Notes: a model not told the origin generated them from the sequence alone. A DNA stretch of 64,000 nucleotides from Catajapyx aquilonaris (GCA_000934665.2 KZ538295.1:62001-126000); one strand, 5' to 3'; counted from the stretch's first letter, positions 36,817 through 51,600 are shown. Numbers and translations: made by a program.

Positions 36817-37999
36817 GCCATGTCCATTAGGAGTTTGGGAAGCGGCTGAGAGTAGTTCAAGAAGAGGAGGGGAACTGATGCCAGACGGAGCTGCGTGCAT
36901 TCAGAGATCAATTTTTTCGCGATCGATTCAGAAAGGAAGAGCCTGAAAAAAAGAGAGTAGAGCAATGGCGACTGCTGTTTTGTAGCCTACGCTCCTGACT
37001 CCACTTGCCAAATTTTTCCATACCAAATAATAGGCACGAATAACAATCTACAATTTGTTTACAACAGTAGCCTACTTATTTGCAGCATTGTTTAATGAAT
37101 CTTAGAGAACAGCAGTACTAGCACCAAGAGCTGCTAGCACTGTGTATAGTTTCAGCTGAAAACTTTTTATGTAAAATGTTGTCGCATTTTTTTGGCCATT
37201 ATTTCCTGCTTCTTATTCAGGAGCTGGATGAGATGCTGGATTAAAAGGCGATAGGTCATTTTCCAAAGTGGAGTAGGCGGAGTTTTAGTAGGCGCTTCAC
37301 AAAGCAAGCGCAACAATTCCTCCGGATCGATGTATCATTCGGTATACACTCTCGCAAGTTCGCATGTGCAATTTTATAGACTTTACTGAACGTGAGAGGC
37401 CAATTCTACACCAAAGAAGTCTGGAGGGGCTTCCAAAAAAAAAAAAAAAATGTCGCCAACTGTGCCAAACTGCTACATAATAGATTGCATAATAATCTAC
37501 TGTACTTCATAAGCAATCTTGTCGCGCTCTTTGTGATGGAGCGAAACAATGGATTCTTGGCCAGATTGACACACTACATGCACTGACAATAAGTGAAAGA
37601 TAAAATGAATGCATTAAAAAAAAAGTTTGGCAACATGGATTTGAGTTGCGCGACTGATTCCCTTTTCTTGCAGAGTTCCTGTGGACTTTGACGGGAGGGG
37701 GGTGTTGGGTGGGTGGGTGGGATGTATAGGGGGGGTTGGTCGGGGGGAGGGGGGAGATCGCAAAAGGGGGGCGGGGAAAATTCAAGAGGAGGATCACCGG
37801 TTGATGGTAGAACCCGGAGCTTGCGGGCAAAACTGGTGCAGATGTTGGAATCAGCAGAACCAAAATATGCGCAAAAATCTTCGTATAGTTCCATCAATGT
37901 TGGTCAAGCCCAATGGCAAAACAGTCAATGAAAAACCACCGTCCAATTACTAGAAGAGGACCAGTCAGGTTGTATTAATTAGCCAATTAATATCAACAA

Positions 38000-38690
38000 T
38001 AACATGAAATTGCTATTAGCATGTCTACGAATAGCTATTAACACTTCTACAAATAGTTATCAATACTTACATAAATAGCTATTAATATTTACTAAATTAA
38101 TATTTGCTATAGGTAGCTATAAAATTAATACAACATTTATACTAATATATTATAGCTATTCGCGGTACCATAACTAGCTATTAGTATAAATAACTGTAGT
38201 AGTGATATTAATAACTATTAGTAGTTATTAATAACTGTTAGTAACTAATAATAGTGATATTAATAACTGTTAGTAACTAATAGTAGTGACATTAATAACT
38301 GTTAGTAACTAATAGTAGTGATATTAATAACTGTTAGTATAACTAATAGTAGCAGTAGTGATATTAATAACTATTGGTAGTTATGTTAATAGCTAGTAGT
38401 AAAGTTAATAACTATTACCCTGAAAACAATATAGCTATTAGTATTAATTAGCTATTAATTCATGCGATAAGTAGCTATAAAATTGATATAAAATTAATAC
38501 AAATATTAAAATAGCTATTATTGTAAATAACTATAGTAGTGATATTAATAACTGTTAGTGTCATGGTTAGTATAGTGATGTTAGTAGCTATTAGTAGTGA
38601 TAGTAATAGCTAGTAGAAGTAGTTATGTTGCTGACTATTAATATGAAAACAATGTAGCTATTAGTATTAATTCGTTATAGAGTACTAATC
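38000..38690. repeat. AT-rich degenerate minisatellite
   Basis: Repeated TAATAACTGTTAGTAACTAATAGTAGTGATAT-like ~31 bp units (clearest at ~38230-38350) and TAGCTATTA motifs. Confidence 0.8.
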
Positions 38691-38894
38691 CAGTAACTGA
38701 TTGTTTCATAAAAATGATATTCACGCTAATTGTTATGTGTGAAGCGCAAATTTGGATTATATGACATAATTGCAGGGATTATGGGCTGTCTTGTGCGTGA
38801 AATGATTCGTCTGTTAATTAATTTTCCGAGATGTTACAGCGTGAAATGCTATTTTATTTGGCGGATTATTATTATTATCCACGGTGACGGATCT

Positions 38895-38955
38895 GGACCA
38901 AAGATGGCGGCCGTTGTGAGCGCCAGGTTTTAGTGAGTTCCAAGATGGCGCCCAT
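38895..38955 (+). promoter_or_regulatory. Tandem YY1/Pho-like motifs at the probable PHF21-like transcription start
   Basis: AAGATGGCGGCC at 38901 and AAGATGGCGC at 38942 in a CpG-rich patch upstream of the CDS. Confidence 0.55.
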
Positions 38956-39351
38956 TCAACCCGTCGGATGGGGTCTGAAGGAGAGGTTCGAATCAGGGCC
39001 CGATTCCCACAGTCTACTAAGTTCGGGATCCCCGTCCTTTCTATATACTTTTGTTTAACATTTCTCCGCTGCCGACCGGACAGCTCCTGGACTCCCAGGG
39101 TGTGACCGCCCACGGAAAACGCTCCGGGCGTGCACCCTCCGCCGGTTGCCCCAACTTGCACCATTAAAAAGTGAGTTTCCACTTCAAAATCAAAGGTAAA
39201 AACAGTCCAATGTATACCAAGGTGGTCTGACTGAGGACCGAAGGGGGAAAGTCGGATCCGGACTCGGAAGACTTTCTCCATAAGAAGAAAAAAAAAACTG
39301 GACAAAAGTACTTGTGGACTAATTGTTTTTATTGCAATTCTGGACAGGGAA

Positions 39352-42300
39352 ATGGAGCTGGAAATGTCCAGGCCGACCTTTGTCCACAATGATATCCAGC
39401 GTCTGCAAGGACAGCTCTTCATTGCCATTCATCATCATCAGGTGGGCTGTTCTATTATTAACTCACTTTATTACTTTTTGTGATCAGGTGAAGAAAGAAA
39501 AAAGAAATTGATGTAATTTTTGTTGTGCAAAATTCTGAGCCAGATTTGCAGTTTGTTTTTCGCAAATGGAATGGTAATTAGTGGATTAAAAGTTTGGTGG
39601 GATGAACTTTTTTGAAGAAAAAGTTTGGAGATGTGAGTTCCGGGATGTTCTTTGTCTTCCGTGGTTGTCTGGCAGGCAGTTTAATTTGGTTTTGTGGGAA
39701 GTTTTACGACTTTGAAATTGTTTTGGTCATGTCGTACCGTATGTTACATAATCAGTTGTTATGATAATAACATACATTCTGTGCTTCTGATAAGGTATAT
39801 AATTATTAGCATTTATTGACAGATGAGAATGATTGCAATTGTCACGTTTTTAAATAACATTTCCTGATGAAACTAGTCATGTACAGAAACAATAAGTACT
39901 GGTACCGTATATAAAAAGTTAACTGACAACATGGCTCATTTACCAGTGACATTCAACGCAATAAAATTAATTATAATTTGAAACAACTTGGTACAAGCTA
40001 GAAAAACCGTAATAATCGTGTGCAGATTTGTTACAATGAACGTGTCAGGTTAGCATGGTATGTATCACAACAGATATGAGCCCATATCAGTGCTTGAATA
40101 ACTGTCAGATGTAGGTCATAAATTTGATATGATGTCATTGTAATGCTCTGTCATTTATTGTTGACTTTCACGTGAACTGTATTCTTCACTGATTGAAATT
40201 AAATATGAATAACATACTAAGTTAATACTAAATAGTGGGTTAGCAGGTTGTTATTGTGAATTAATTTGTTATCTATTTCATAATTATTACTACTTGGTAA
40301 TTGCATGACATTCCATGATCTTGTAATGATATAATTGTTAGTAGTTAATATTTTTGGAAATTTACTTCAGTATAGAACGACCTGTCATGTAGACATATTA
40401 ATGAGACAACAGGTGCGTTGCACAGTTGATATATTGCTTCTGGAACATTTCGTGTAGGTTTTATCTGGCGGAATTTAAGTGCTTAACTTATATTTGTTGC
40501 AACAGTACATATAATTATGTATCTGTTTTCAGACGTTGGTTGCCCAACTCAAGAATCACCCTGAGGTAAGGCGCAACACACAAGAATTATTTTTATGTAA
40601 TACTCCCCTAAGGGGGTGTTGATTAAGGATGAAATTTTGCAGAATACTGGAGTCAAGAAGCAGATTTTGGAGCTTCAGAACCACATGAAGAATCTGAGTG
40701 ACAACCAAAAGGTTCTTCTTGAGAGGTTAAAGTGTGAGAAAGCGTCGCCACCAGAGAAGCCAAACGGCAAGAAAGGGGACGATGAGAAGGTGATCACAAA
40801 GGTCTTCCAGACACCCAGTCCAGTTGCGGAATCACCTCCAGAACCAATATCTGCCGAAAAGGAGGAAGGGAAGGGAATCGGCGTGAAGCGGGAAGAAGAC
40901 GATGACGATTCACTTCCTCAGGGATTTTGCACTCTTCCTGCAAAACATAATCTAGTCCACCAGACCATAGTTAGTGATAATAGGCGGTAAGTTACGGTAC
41001 TTTTATTTTTATTACCAACATGGCAAATTTGAGAGATGCTACATATTTATTTATTTATTTCAGGTCACCTGTAGAAGTCGTCCCTGTTTCAACAGTAGCT
41101 TCTCCCACTGCCTGTGTGTCAAAGTCTCAGGAAGATGACTTGACCGAGATCATCCTTAATGAGATGCTGCCCGAACCCCTCTCTTCCAAAGTAGAATTTA
41201 TGCTCAATTTGGGTAAGCATTCAGTTTTTCATTAATTGTACATAAAAACAAATGTGCACATACAGACGTACAGGCAGCCGCAGAAAGTTACGGACTTTCC
41301 TAGCCCAACTTACCAGGTCATTGTATAGGATTTTTGCCAAATTTCCATCTACCTGGAATAGAGACTTGACCGATGCAGTACTAGAAATATCCACGTTGAA
41401 TGGGTTTTCCCCATTCAATTGTATATAAGGATTATTGATTTCATTGAGCAAACAGTCCAAACACAAACTGAAATGATTGTTTTTGTGTGTATCTTTCAAT
41501 CATGGGTATGAAATATTTCATAGGCATGCTCCCTAGTGATATGGTGGATAAGTTTGTGGAGACAAGACTGGAACGCAAGCAGCAATTAGCAAAGCAATCA
41601 AAATCCCACTTGTGGACATGGGAGATGCACGAGGTAATTTTTTTTTGTTTTGTTGTTAACTTGCAACTTCAGTGGTAGCAATATTTAAAATATTAAAATT
41701 GTTGTATTTCCCACAGCATAAACGTCGGAAAAGTGTGTACCTGAGAGGTGGCTCTCCACCCATACTTCGAAAAAGAGGTCGTCTGAGGCGAGAGAATTCA
41801 ATTGGATCTGGACCATCCAGTCCATGCTCATCTAGTGGGGAACCCGTATGTTTTATATGCAGAGCTACAGGTTGGTTGATGTCAATTTATTTTTATCAGC
41901 CATTAGGAGTCATTTGAATGATGACTTTGTGTAACATTTTTTATTGCTAGATATTTTTACACTGACTATCTCAAATTCTGCAGTGACGTCAAAGCAGGCT
42001 GTTATATGCAGTGGCTGCAGCTGCTACCACCAGAGCTGCATGAAAAACTCTGACCGAAAAGAATCTGCGAGCGAAGAAGTGTGGAAGTGCAGGCGGTGTG
42101 GGGGAGATGCCATGACCACTGCCGCAAAAGAGAGGGAGAGGGAAAGACTGAGGGAGAGAAACGATGTGCTGAATAAGGAGAAGGATAACCTGGAGAAGAG
42201 GATGAAGGTGTTGAAAAAAGCATTGCAGGTCAGTAATGGGAAGCTTTTTGCTGGGCTTTTTGTGTGTGCATGTTTGCAAAACTGGCTGAATTCGTAACTT

Positions 42301-42648
42301 CACTGGTATTGCTGGGGTGCGATGAGAGTGAAGTGAGGAGAATCGTCACTGAAATCTTAACTGTCATAAAGGCTAGTGATGTCAATACCCAAGTGCGCTA
42401 ATATACTGTATAGGTGTAGTAAATTTCCAGGAATTGCAATCCAGTTATAACAGCATGATGCTAGGATTGTCGTCATTCCAGGAAGGAAGAGAATAAGTGC
42501 TTTAGAGAATTTTTATGATGTGATTGGCATACTGCAGGATTGTCTGCTGCATGCCTTTGTACCGCTTGAGACGTCCAGCACTAACTGTGATACAGGGTGC
42601 CATACTGCCCAAGTCGTAAGTTCAAGGGAAGAATTTATGGTACGTTGA
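39352..42648 (+). CDS. PHF21A: PHF21/BHC80-like PHD finger protein (about 8 coding exons; last exon ambiguous)
   Basis: N-terminal coiled coil LQGQLFIAIHHHQ-TLVAQLKNHPE-NTGVKKQILELQNHMKNLSDNQKVLLERLK resembles the PHF21 N-terminus; KVEFMLNLG motif; C4HC3 PHD CFIC...CSGC..YHQSC...WKCRRC, then a coiled coil. A versus B paralog cannot be assigned. Confidence 0.8.
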
Positions 42649-45600
42649 ATGCAGTATGTTGAGTAGAGGAGAAAGCAACATTCACTTCAGTGAATTGTCG
42701 GATTTTAAAACTGGCTACTGGGGTAAACAATCTGTAACATCTTCCCATGGAGTATGCCTTGGGGAGTGCACACAACCTGTACTCATTTGTGGAGGTTATT
42801 ATCTCATGTTTTGACATTCGTTCAGCTGTTTACCATTAGAGAGAGTTTCTTCCTTGCGAAGGCAGCCATTAACCTTGATCAAAATGATAAAGTGAGTTTC
42901 ATTGAAGTTTACTACACTGTTGGAGATGGGACTAATTTCACAGGCTATCACATTTAAAAGTGAAACTACTACTGTGTATACTTGGCTCTGAGAAGGCTAC
43001 AGGCCTTGAAGACATCTAGTTTATCCTTCAATGGGCAGAAACTCTCTACTGCGTATCATGAAACCTTAACCTCACATCATTCACACAGGTTCGTCGTAAC
43101 CATGAGGCAGGTGGATTATTTTCTTCAGTTTACTGCTGACTTTATAAGCACGTTTGCCATAGAAGAGTGTGCAGCAAGACAAGAAAGACTGGTGCAGCAC
43201 GTGCTATTGTGCACAGACATATGAAGTGAAATATTTATTTTTATGGGATTGTAAACCTTTAAGACAGGAGTATAAGATTATAATTTTCTGTGTGATAAAT
43301 ATGCTAATCATAGATATTAATCTATGATGCTAATATAAAGGCAGTATTAGATTATGGAAACCACTTTTAGCAACTGCTGCACTTCTTGTATCCTGATGAC
43401 ATTAATTTCTTCCTGTAGTTATGAATATTTTTGCTCTGTAAAAGATGTAAATAAACATGGTGCACGTCATATCCTAGAAAAAAATAGCATTGCTCATGTG
43501 GGGGGTGTACCAGTTTTTTTTTCTCTCTCTTTATCAATGCTAATGAATAGTAGTTTGACATGTTTCGGCACTGACAGTTATCAGACTTTACATGGTGAGA
43601 TATAGGTGATGGTCATAGGGATGTCGGAGAGTAGTCTGTTAACAGGTTGAATGAAAAGACTAAATAGTTTCTAACGGAATACCCATTTCTTGCCTGGTCT
43701 TGTGAAATGTTTGTTACTTAGCATTATCTTGCAGGAGGGAAATTTTAAGACAAAATACTGCTGAAAACTTAGTTTGATGTCATCGCACTTAACCAAACCA
43801 AGCCCCAATTATTCCTCTTTGACCATTGCTACAATTTATTATTGAAATTTAATAAAAGAATTACATTGTTTTACAATATGACATAGACTTATGTAACAGA
43901 GTACTGAACAGTGAAGCCCATCTGTGGCCGACCCTGAATTCAGTGAAAACTTGTCCATTACTGGCATTACAGAATATTTGTTCAGTCTTAGATTTCCAGT
44001 CGACTACTGCCAAACGTAACTGAAACTTGCTCTGTACAGAAAATTCTTGCAACTCTGCTATAGACAAGTTTCACTGCATTAGCACAAGGAAATAAACACT
44101 TGCATAATCAGGTGTACACTTTGTCATGTAACAAAATGTAATCACAATGCATTCTAATGAGAAATGATTACTTGCGATGAGGTGCGCACTTGAAACTGCG
44201 GTGGTTAATCCCTTGTGTTAGTATCAGAGTCGCATCTGTAACCAGGATCAGGGTGATTGAAGAAAATGTGCCTCTCTGAGCAAGGTGGGTTGGTGATAGG
44301 AAGTGACACTACTTGTTCTTGTTTTTTTGTTCAGGCACTATTTTCAGCTGAGATTACTTTCTAATGTAAAAAAAAGGTTCTTTACGTGTAATTTCAGGAG
44401 CAAGAAGCCAAGAAATCGGAGTTGACTGACACGGAGCAAAACACCAAAGAGTCAATCAACAAGCTCAGCAACTTCATCCAATTTATTAAATGTTTGAATC
44501 CGCCAACCTGATGGCAAGAGGACCAGAGATTCTTGTTGCCTAGTTTTGAGTCTTGGCATTTGAGGTTACTACATGGCCTCCGCACAGATTTTCATTGCAC
44601 TTATTTTTTGTTTTGTTTAACAAACTGTGAGTACTTATTTTTTTGTTTCCTTTGATTTATTATCCAGAGTTGTTCTGATAAGAATGGAAGGCTTTTTACA
44701 TGGTGAAATTTGTTGAAATAAACAACCTAGTTTTTTGAACCTAGGCTACCTTGTAAGTCACAGATTAGCAATCCAATAAGAGCAATACTTGTTTGTTGTT
44801 GATAGTGTCCCTATAAAAATGGTATTTTTCCACCACTTTGACATAACCGGGTACTCTTTTTGCTAAAAAAAAAGAAGAAAAAAATCATCACATCATTATT
44901 GCCTTTAATTGTAACAATTATCCAGACGATAATAAATATTTATTGCTATTTTCCCGGGGCTGTGACCCTTGTACCATAACATGCATTTTGCCTCACGTTA
45001 CGCTCTCAAAGAGTCTACGAGGCCACAAGACTATTATATTTGAACAGATCATAATAAAAATTAATGACCTGAACACACTCTCATTATTTCCATTTCAGGG
45101 CCTGGAGGTCAATTCAAATTAATTTTGCTTAAATGTCAGTCGTTGACATTACACTTGAACGTTCCTACGGGATGAACGGACTCCATTGACTTTTTCAAAT
45201 CCAGGATTTGATATTGATCCGGTTTAAAAAAATGTCCAGTTTGTGTTCTGTCCACTGAGTGGCGTCTGTCCCAAATTTTAGGTTTAAGGCCGTCTCTGGA
45301 TCATGTCCCCATCTAGTGTCTCCAAAGCGAACTACCTCCATACCGACACCCAATTTGAATATTACGTAACCTCCTGCACATGTGGGAGCCTTTTTGTGAT
45401 GGCTACATGTGTCCCCGCACTTGAATATGACACATCAGAGACCCATTTAAAAAAAAAAGTAGAATCCGACTCTAATCCTCCATATTTTCATTTTTGTGTC
45501 GGTGTGTGCGCTATGATGGGTCTCCCCCTCTCTTATACTCTGAGGGGATCAAATAGGGCTGAGGGAAAGCAAACCGAGCGAGAACAATTACCCGGGTAGA

Positions 45601-48600
45601 GAGATGAAAAGGACTCGTCTTTTCATTGGCAGAAAGTGGCTCAAATGGGCAAAATCCACCGAGGGGGGGGAGGAGGGAAAAAGCGGATGACTTTCATCCT
45701 TAATGGCCCTTCAGCTTTTGTACTACGACTGGGGATCAATCGGGGTGACCACCAGTTAAATGTTGGGTCGTCTGCACGGTCTAAACAGGCTCCTGACGAC
45801 AAAGCGGCTGGTGACAGTGCAGAACTAGAGGTCAATTCAGAGGCTCCTGGGAAAGTTCTGGCAGGCTGATATTTACGACGCGACGCGCAAAAATCACTGT
45901 GGCGCCGCAGGGTAACGAACGTTATTGTGGCTTTGTCAGCTGGTCGTCGCGTAGTAAAGATCATCCGAGATATGTTACTACCTGGACATCCATATGCGGC
46001 TGATCAAGTGTCCCCAAGTAGTGATGACCAGTTTGTCCCAACCCCTGAAAATTGGGATGGGGGGATGTCCTGTGGGGTGCAGAGGGTTTTGTAATGAAGG
46101 CGTAATGGGGACTGGGCCTCCAACGAGCATTCGGGGAAACATTAGGAAGGATTTCTCATTTGGCTGTCGCCTGAGGCGGCCACTCGGCCCCAGCCACTTG
46201 ATACACTCGTAATCAGAGGTAATTGCCGTGCGGGAATGAGCTCCTAAGTCATATTTTCTTCTCCCATTTGTCGAGGCTTTTGTTCCTTGCCTAAGGGGGG
46301 AGAAACTGTGTGGGGGTGGATGGGTTGGTGGGTGGGGGGGAGGACTTTGAAGAATAGGTCCTGGAGGAGGAGCAAGCCTGGGCTCGCTATCAGGCCCACA
46401 GAAGGAGAATGGGAGCAAAGAGAGATAGAGGTGCACCCCCCCTAGCGGATCCACCAAAAAGAGGTCCAAGTCACTGTTCCACCAACTTGTCTCAAACTAC
46501 AGGCCGACTCGGAATATTTGACTACCACAAAGTTTCGGGGGTCCAACATCTAGCCTCAGGGTGTTGCATACGGAAATTGCATCCATTGCGTGTTTTCGGG
46601 TGTGAATACCTGTTGCTGTACATGAATGGTGGGGTTGACTCAAATTAACCCCCAAATATATATTTTTTGGTTTAATTCTTTAATGAGCAAATGAAGTGCT
46701 GTCCTATATATATAGGACACCAGGGATATGTTTACCTAATACGACCTTCACATGCAAATTGTTTCTGAACCATACTGTACCGTTGTCTCGACAGCCGACA
46801 AACCGAGCTGTTTTATCAGCCGCAGAGATTCGTCGTTCGTGGATCTTTTCGCCGCCTTATTTCGAAGTTCTTTTGCGAGCCGGGGGAGAAGAAGGAGGGG
46901 GTATATGGGAGGGGGGTAGAGAGAGAGAGAGAAATAAATTCATTTCAGTCTGGAGGCCAGCGGGAGATAGGAGAATTGCTTCCAGCATGGCGTTTTGTTA
47001 AATACCTTCGGGGATAATTAGGATTTCCGGACTTTTTCATTCCGGAGGAACTTGCCAGGCGAAATACGAGCCCGGTTACGTAAACGCGCCCTCTCCACTT
47101 CAAAAGACTTTTCCTCGGTGTTACAATTCAGAAGAGAGGCCCAGGGAGGGAGGGAGGGAAAGGGAGGGAATTAGTTCTTTAAATTAGTTTTCAACTTATC
47201 CAGCCAATTTTGCAGCAGATAGAAAAAAGAGTGATGTCGTGATTAATACCGGAAGAGAAAAGAAGTGGGGGTGGGGAAGGGGAAGGGGAGGAAAATCTTA
47301 AATTTGAATATTTTTGTCCAAGCACCGATAAGAGCGAGAACTCTGTACAGGAGACGATTCTTCTTTTTACCTCCTTTTGTGGCTCCGCAATAATGGAAAA
47401 GTTGGGGAGGGAAGGAAAATGATATCAGTTTTGTTGAATGGGTGGCACCGCTTCGAAATTAATGGCCCGGGAAGTGTGTTGGTAATGCGTTGGAGAGATA
47501 ATCTAATTCCGCCTTAAAAAGAGAGATAGAGAGAGAGAAAGAGATTTATCTGATCAAAGACGTATATTATGTACAGGGTGGCACAAAAATTCTTTCCGTT
47601 GGATTGTCCTAGCCAGCAGTGTGCAGAATAATATATATTTTAGTCGGTATTTAGTCGGACTAAAAAGTCTATTAATTAGTCTGATATTATGCACCGGGTG
47701 TCACAAAAATTTGGTTCCGCTTGGATTGTCCTGTCGAGCCAACTGGACGAATATTTTCCAGTCGGTACATAATATGTAACGACTATGTACCGATTTCAAA
47801 ACCCCGGCTAATCTCGTCGTCGTCCACGTCGCCTATGTGACATTTTGGCTTGATTTATTTGCGTCATCAAGTTTGGTTCCATTGGACGTGGGATTTGGGG
47901 TGGAAAGAAGGTGATCCGGTGGCGTCCACTAGTAGCCACGGTTCTGTCCTCCACCCCCCCAAAAAAGAGATCCAGAAACAGTCAGGGGCAAAGTGTGTGT
48001 ATGGTCCACCCTAACCGACCAAGATAACTTTGTTGGACGGGAAGCTTAGCCAGGGAATCACATTGATTGGCTAGGAGCTGGCTCCGATAAGGCCTACTAG
48101 TTGACAAGCTGTCAGAGGGGAGAGCTTGCTGCTACCCTGGGTTGACAAAAGAGCCTCGGTTCTTTTGTTCTCTCAGTGAGAAAAAACTGTGACACCTTGG
48201 CCAAGACCTCTGAGGGAGGAAATTGGTATTTTTTTGTGTGTGTGTTTAAGAGGAGGATTTTTCCACCTTTTGACACGTGGAGCCATCCGGATTGAGGCAG
48301 GTCTTTTTTTTCCAGAGGCTTCATTGTTGCGTTATCTGTACCAACTCAGCGGTGGTCACAAAGGATATGGCCGACCCGTAATCGGTGGGAAACATCGGCG
48401 ACCAACACGCGACCTGGATTGAAATGGGTCCCCAGAGCCGGTCTTACAGAGGGGGACGGTGTTAGAGAAAAAAAAAGGTCATCTGTCAGGATAGATGTCA
48501 GTCTTGTCAGTGGGATTTGCTTATATTAAAGCAAAGCGATGATGTTATTGACTTCAAAGGGCGACCCTTTGGGCTCAGTGTCAGTTGTTGTCCAGGGATG

Positions 48601-51600
48601 TGGTGGATATAAATTTTGAAGATGAAACACTAGGGTCGATATCTGATGACTGATGACTTTTACATCTCTTGTACTTATTCTACTGAAACTCCAGCAGTAA
48701 AATCTAGGAAAAGCTCACTTCTAGGCGTCTCCGTCCAAAAAGCCCTCAGTTTTGCAAAATCCCAATAAGCCCTCCCACCAACTCCCCTGACTTGGGAACA
48801 AGTTCTCACCGCCACGTTATTAAAGTCAAAATTTCGACCCCCCTTTAGAATCAGGGAGGGATAAGTTTATTTCCAGGGAGAAAACAGCAGGAGGTTGGTG
48901 CCCATAAAGAGTCATCATCCACCAGTTGGCTCCACAAGCATTTTATTTTATTATTTTATTTTTTTCTATATCCAACCAAATGCACATTGGTTGTGCGTCA
49001 TATCTCCCAGTGACTTCTCCCGATAATCCTGCACTTTATAGCTGGGGTTTATCCGCCAGCACTTGGGCAAGGTAGTACCTTCTGGGCTTCCCCCAGCTCT
49101 TGAGGGAAATAATGGTCTCCACGAAATCGTCGCCAAGGAAAAGGGCGTTTGTTAAATGGGGGAGGCCCGAGGGGATTCCTTAAATTGCCGGCTGGGATGT
49201 CGGTCCTGGCCGGGAAAGCCGTTTAAAAAAAAAGTGGTGGTGGGGGGCGGGGGGGGGGGGGGGGGNAGAAGAAAAGATGTCACCTTAAAAAATCACTGTT
49301 ATTTATTCATTTATGCCCGGTGGTGCTTGGGAGCGAATCTGTTGCATGTATGGATAAGACGAGCAAAAAGAAGTTGGGAGGGATAAGTTGCTGCCTCACT
49401 GGGAATGGGGTGACATGAATATGGTGTTTTTATGGAGTGCTTTGATATTTTATTTTGTTCAGCATATTGAGGGCATAACTTTAAAAATGTGTTGAAGTCG
49501 ATAAATTATGCAATACTAGCACGGTTATTGATAAATAAAAGCAATCTGTTGCCCCCAAACATAATTTTTTAAACAAATTATCCTTAGGTATTTAGACTTT
49601 TTAAAATGCAGTTTTCGGACTTTGTTTACTAAATCAGCAGCACTTGAGACGTCAGTGTGCCAAGTTTCAGCACTCCCAGTACACAGGAAGTGTGTCAAAT
49701 AGCTCTGACACACATATTGACAAACTTTCTGCTTTTTTTTTGACATAATAGCTTCAGGAACACATTTTTTAAAAAATGTTGGAACAATTTACTCGAATCT
49801 GTGCTACAAGAAGTGTTATTTACTGTTTCGAGATGACGTAAACACCGTGGGATGTGGAAAGCGAATCCGGGCAATGATCTGTCATGCGCAGGGTTTGTAA
49901 GCCGGGTTGGGGGGTGTGCGTCGAGGGGTAGGGGGGGGGGGACCCAAGTTCGAGGGGGTAGAGGGGGACCCATGTTGTGCATTGGATGTCAGATTGTGGC
50001 GGGAGAGCAGTCGAATAGGGTCGTCGGAGCAAGGGGGTATTAGAAGATAGAAGACCGGCTGGAGACTCACACTGCACTGGACGCCTTCGAGACGCCGCCT
50101 CCACCACCGCCACCGCCCCCGGGCACGTGGCCCCCGGGCCAACACCACCAACCGAAAGAGCATCGGTGAGTACAAGTATTTTTTGAGTCCACGTGACCGT
50201 TGTTGACATTGGTACAACCGGTTCTAACTTCTCATGTGGGCGAAACTCTGGGAGCGAAACTGCCGGGGCGAAAAATCCGGCCAATGTGTGAAGAAATTGT
50301 TAGCTAGTCATTTTGCTAGCTAAAGTGTGACAATCATGTGGGCATAGTTTAGGCTTTAGGGGTTAGTTCTTCCTATAGAAAATGGCTGGGAAAAGCGCGA
50401 CGAAACTCTATAGTCTGGAGCTTAGCTGACATTTATTCACGATGAAATGGCAAATCAACTCTTCACTTTGACTTCGTCGTCTTCCCCGCTTGACACAACT
50501 CCCACGAGGGTCTCCGAATTGACTCCCAAAGTGCGGATGATGAGGACTTGGAACCGGGGATTGTGTACTCAAAATACGGGGAGCATAGTTGCAGACAGGG
50601 TTTGTACAAATATTCAAGAAAAAAAAACACACAACAATAGTAAGACGCAGACATGCCGAGAAAAATATTTAAAAAAACACATGTTTCAAAATGTAACCTT
50701 AGAATTTGGCCTGCTTTTGTCTCAATCGAATTAATTCCAGCCCAGGCTAGTACTTAATGAGATTTTCTTATACACGGGGAGAGTTTTTTTTTAAAAACGG
50801 AAGAGTCGAGACGTTGACGACGAATTAAGATGCAAGAAGCTCCTAATGAGATTTTGCTAATTTATGTCGCCGACAATTTGCGCCGTATCATGAGCACCGT
50901 ATCTATATAAAAAAATGATAATTGTTGAGCATTACTACTCCATATTTTTATTTAATATTTTGTGGGGGCGGAGAAGAAGTTGAATCGACTTCTTGCTAGA
51001 AAAGGAAAAAAAGAAGAAGACGATCGAAAAATAATATTCCTGGAGCTTCGTCTCACCTCAGTCTGAATGGGCTCGTAAAACTGTAGTCAACGATCCTTGC
51101 AGAGTCCAAAGGGGAAATGCTAAAGTCGGAGGGATTTCTGGTTGTAGTTAGAACCGCTTCTTTTATGCATGCTGCGCGTCTCGAATCGGGTGGTAAGCTC
51201 GCCAAAAGTATTCTTATGTAACTATCGACATACTTTATTCCCCTCTACGGGGAAAGAGCGCCGTTAAAGCAAATGGCTCGTATTTCCAACAGTGGCTGGT
51301 AAAATATTATTAGTTGATGGCGCGAACTAGTTCTGACATTTCTGCACTAATTAATGAAATTAGTCAAAAGTAGACATATACTGTGTGAAAAAATAATGCA
51401 CGTATTTCCAACCCGGCTCAGTTCTTAAGAGCAGGAAATACAATTTTTTTTCTCCATCACTAATTCATCACAAATCGAATAATATTTGCTGGCCCTCAAA
51501 TTAAGACCTAGCACAACCAGCGATGATGACAATGAGTAAAAAAAAAAAAAAAGTGCAGGGCAAAAGTTTTGCGGAGGAAAATTTGAAGTGCAGGAATTGA

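Noticed and set aside
36648..36965. Poly-Y/I/N ORFs
   Set aside because: Artefacts of the (ATT)n microsatellite.
38814..39428. 204 aa minus-strand ORF
   Set aside because: Antisense to the CpG-rich promoter and first exon of the PHF21-like gene; no recognisable domain.
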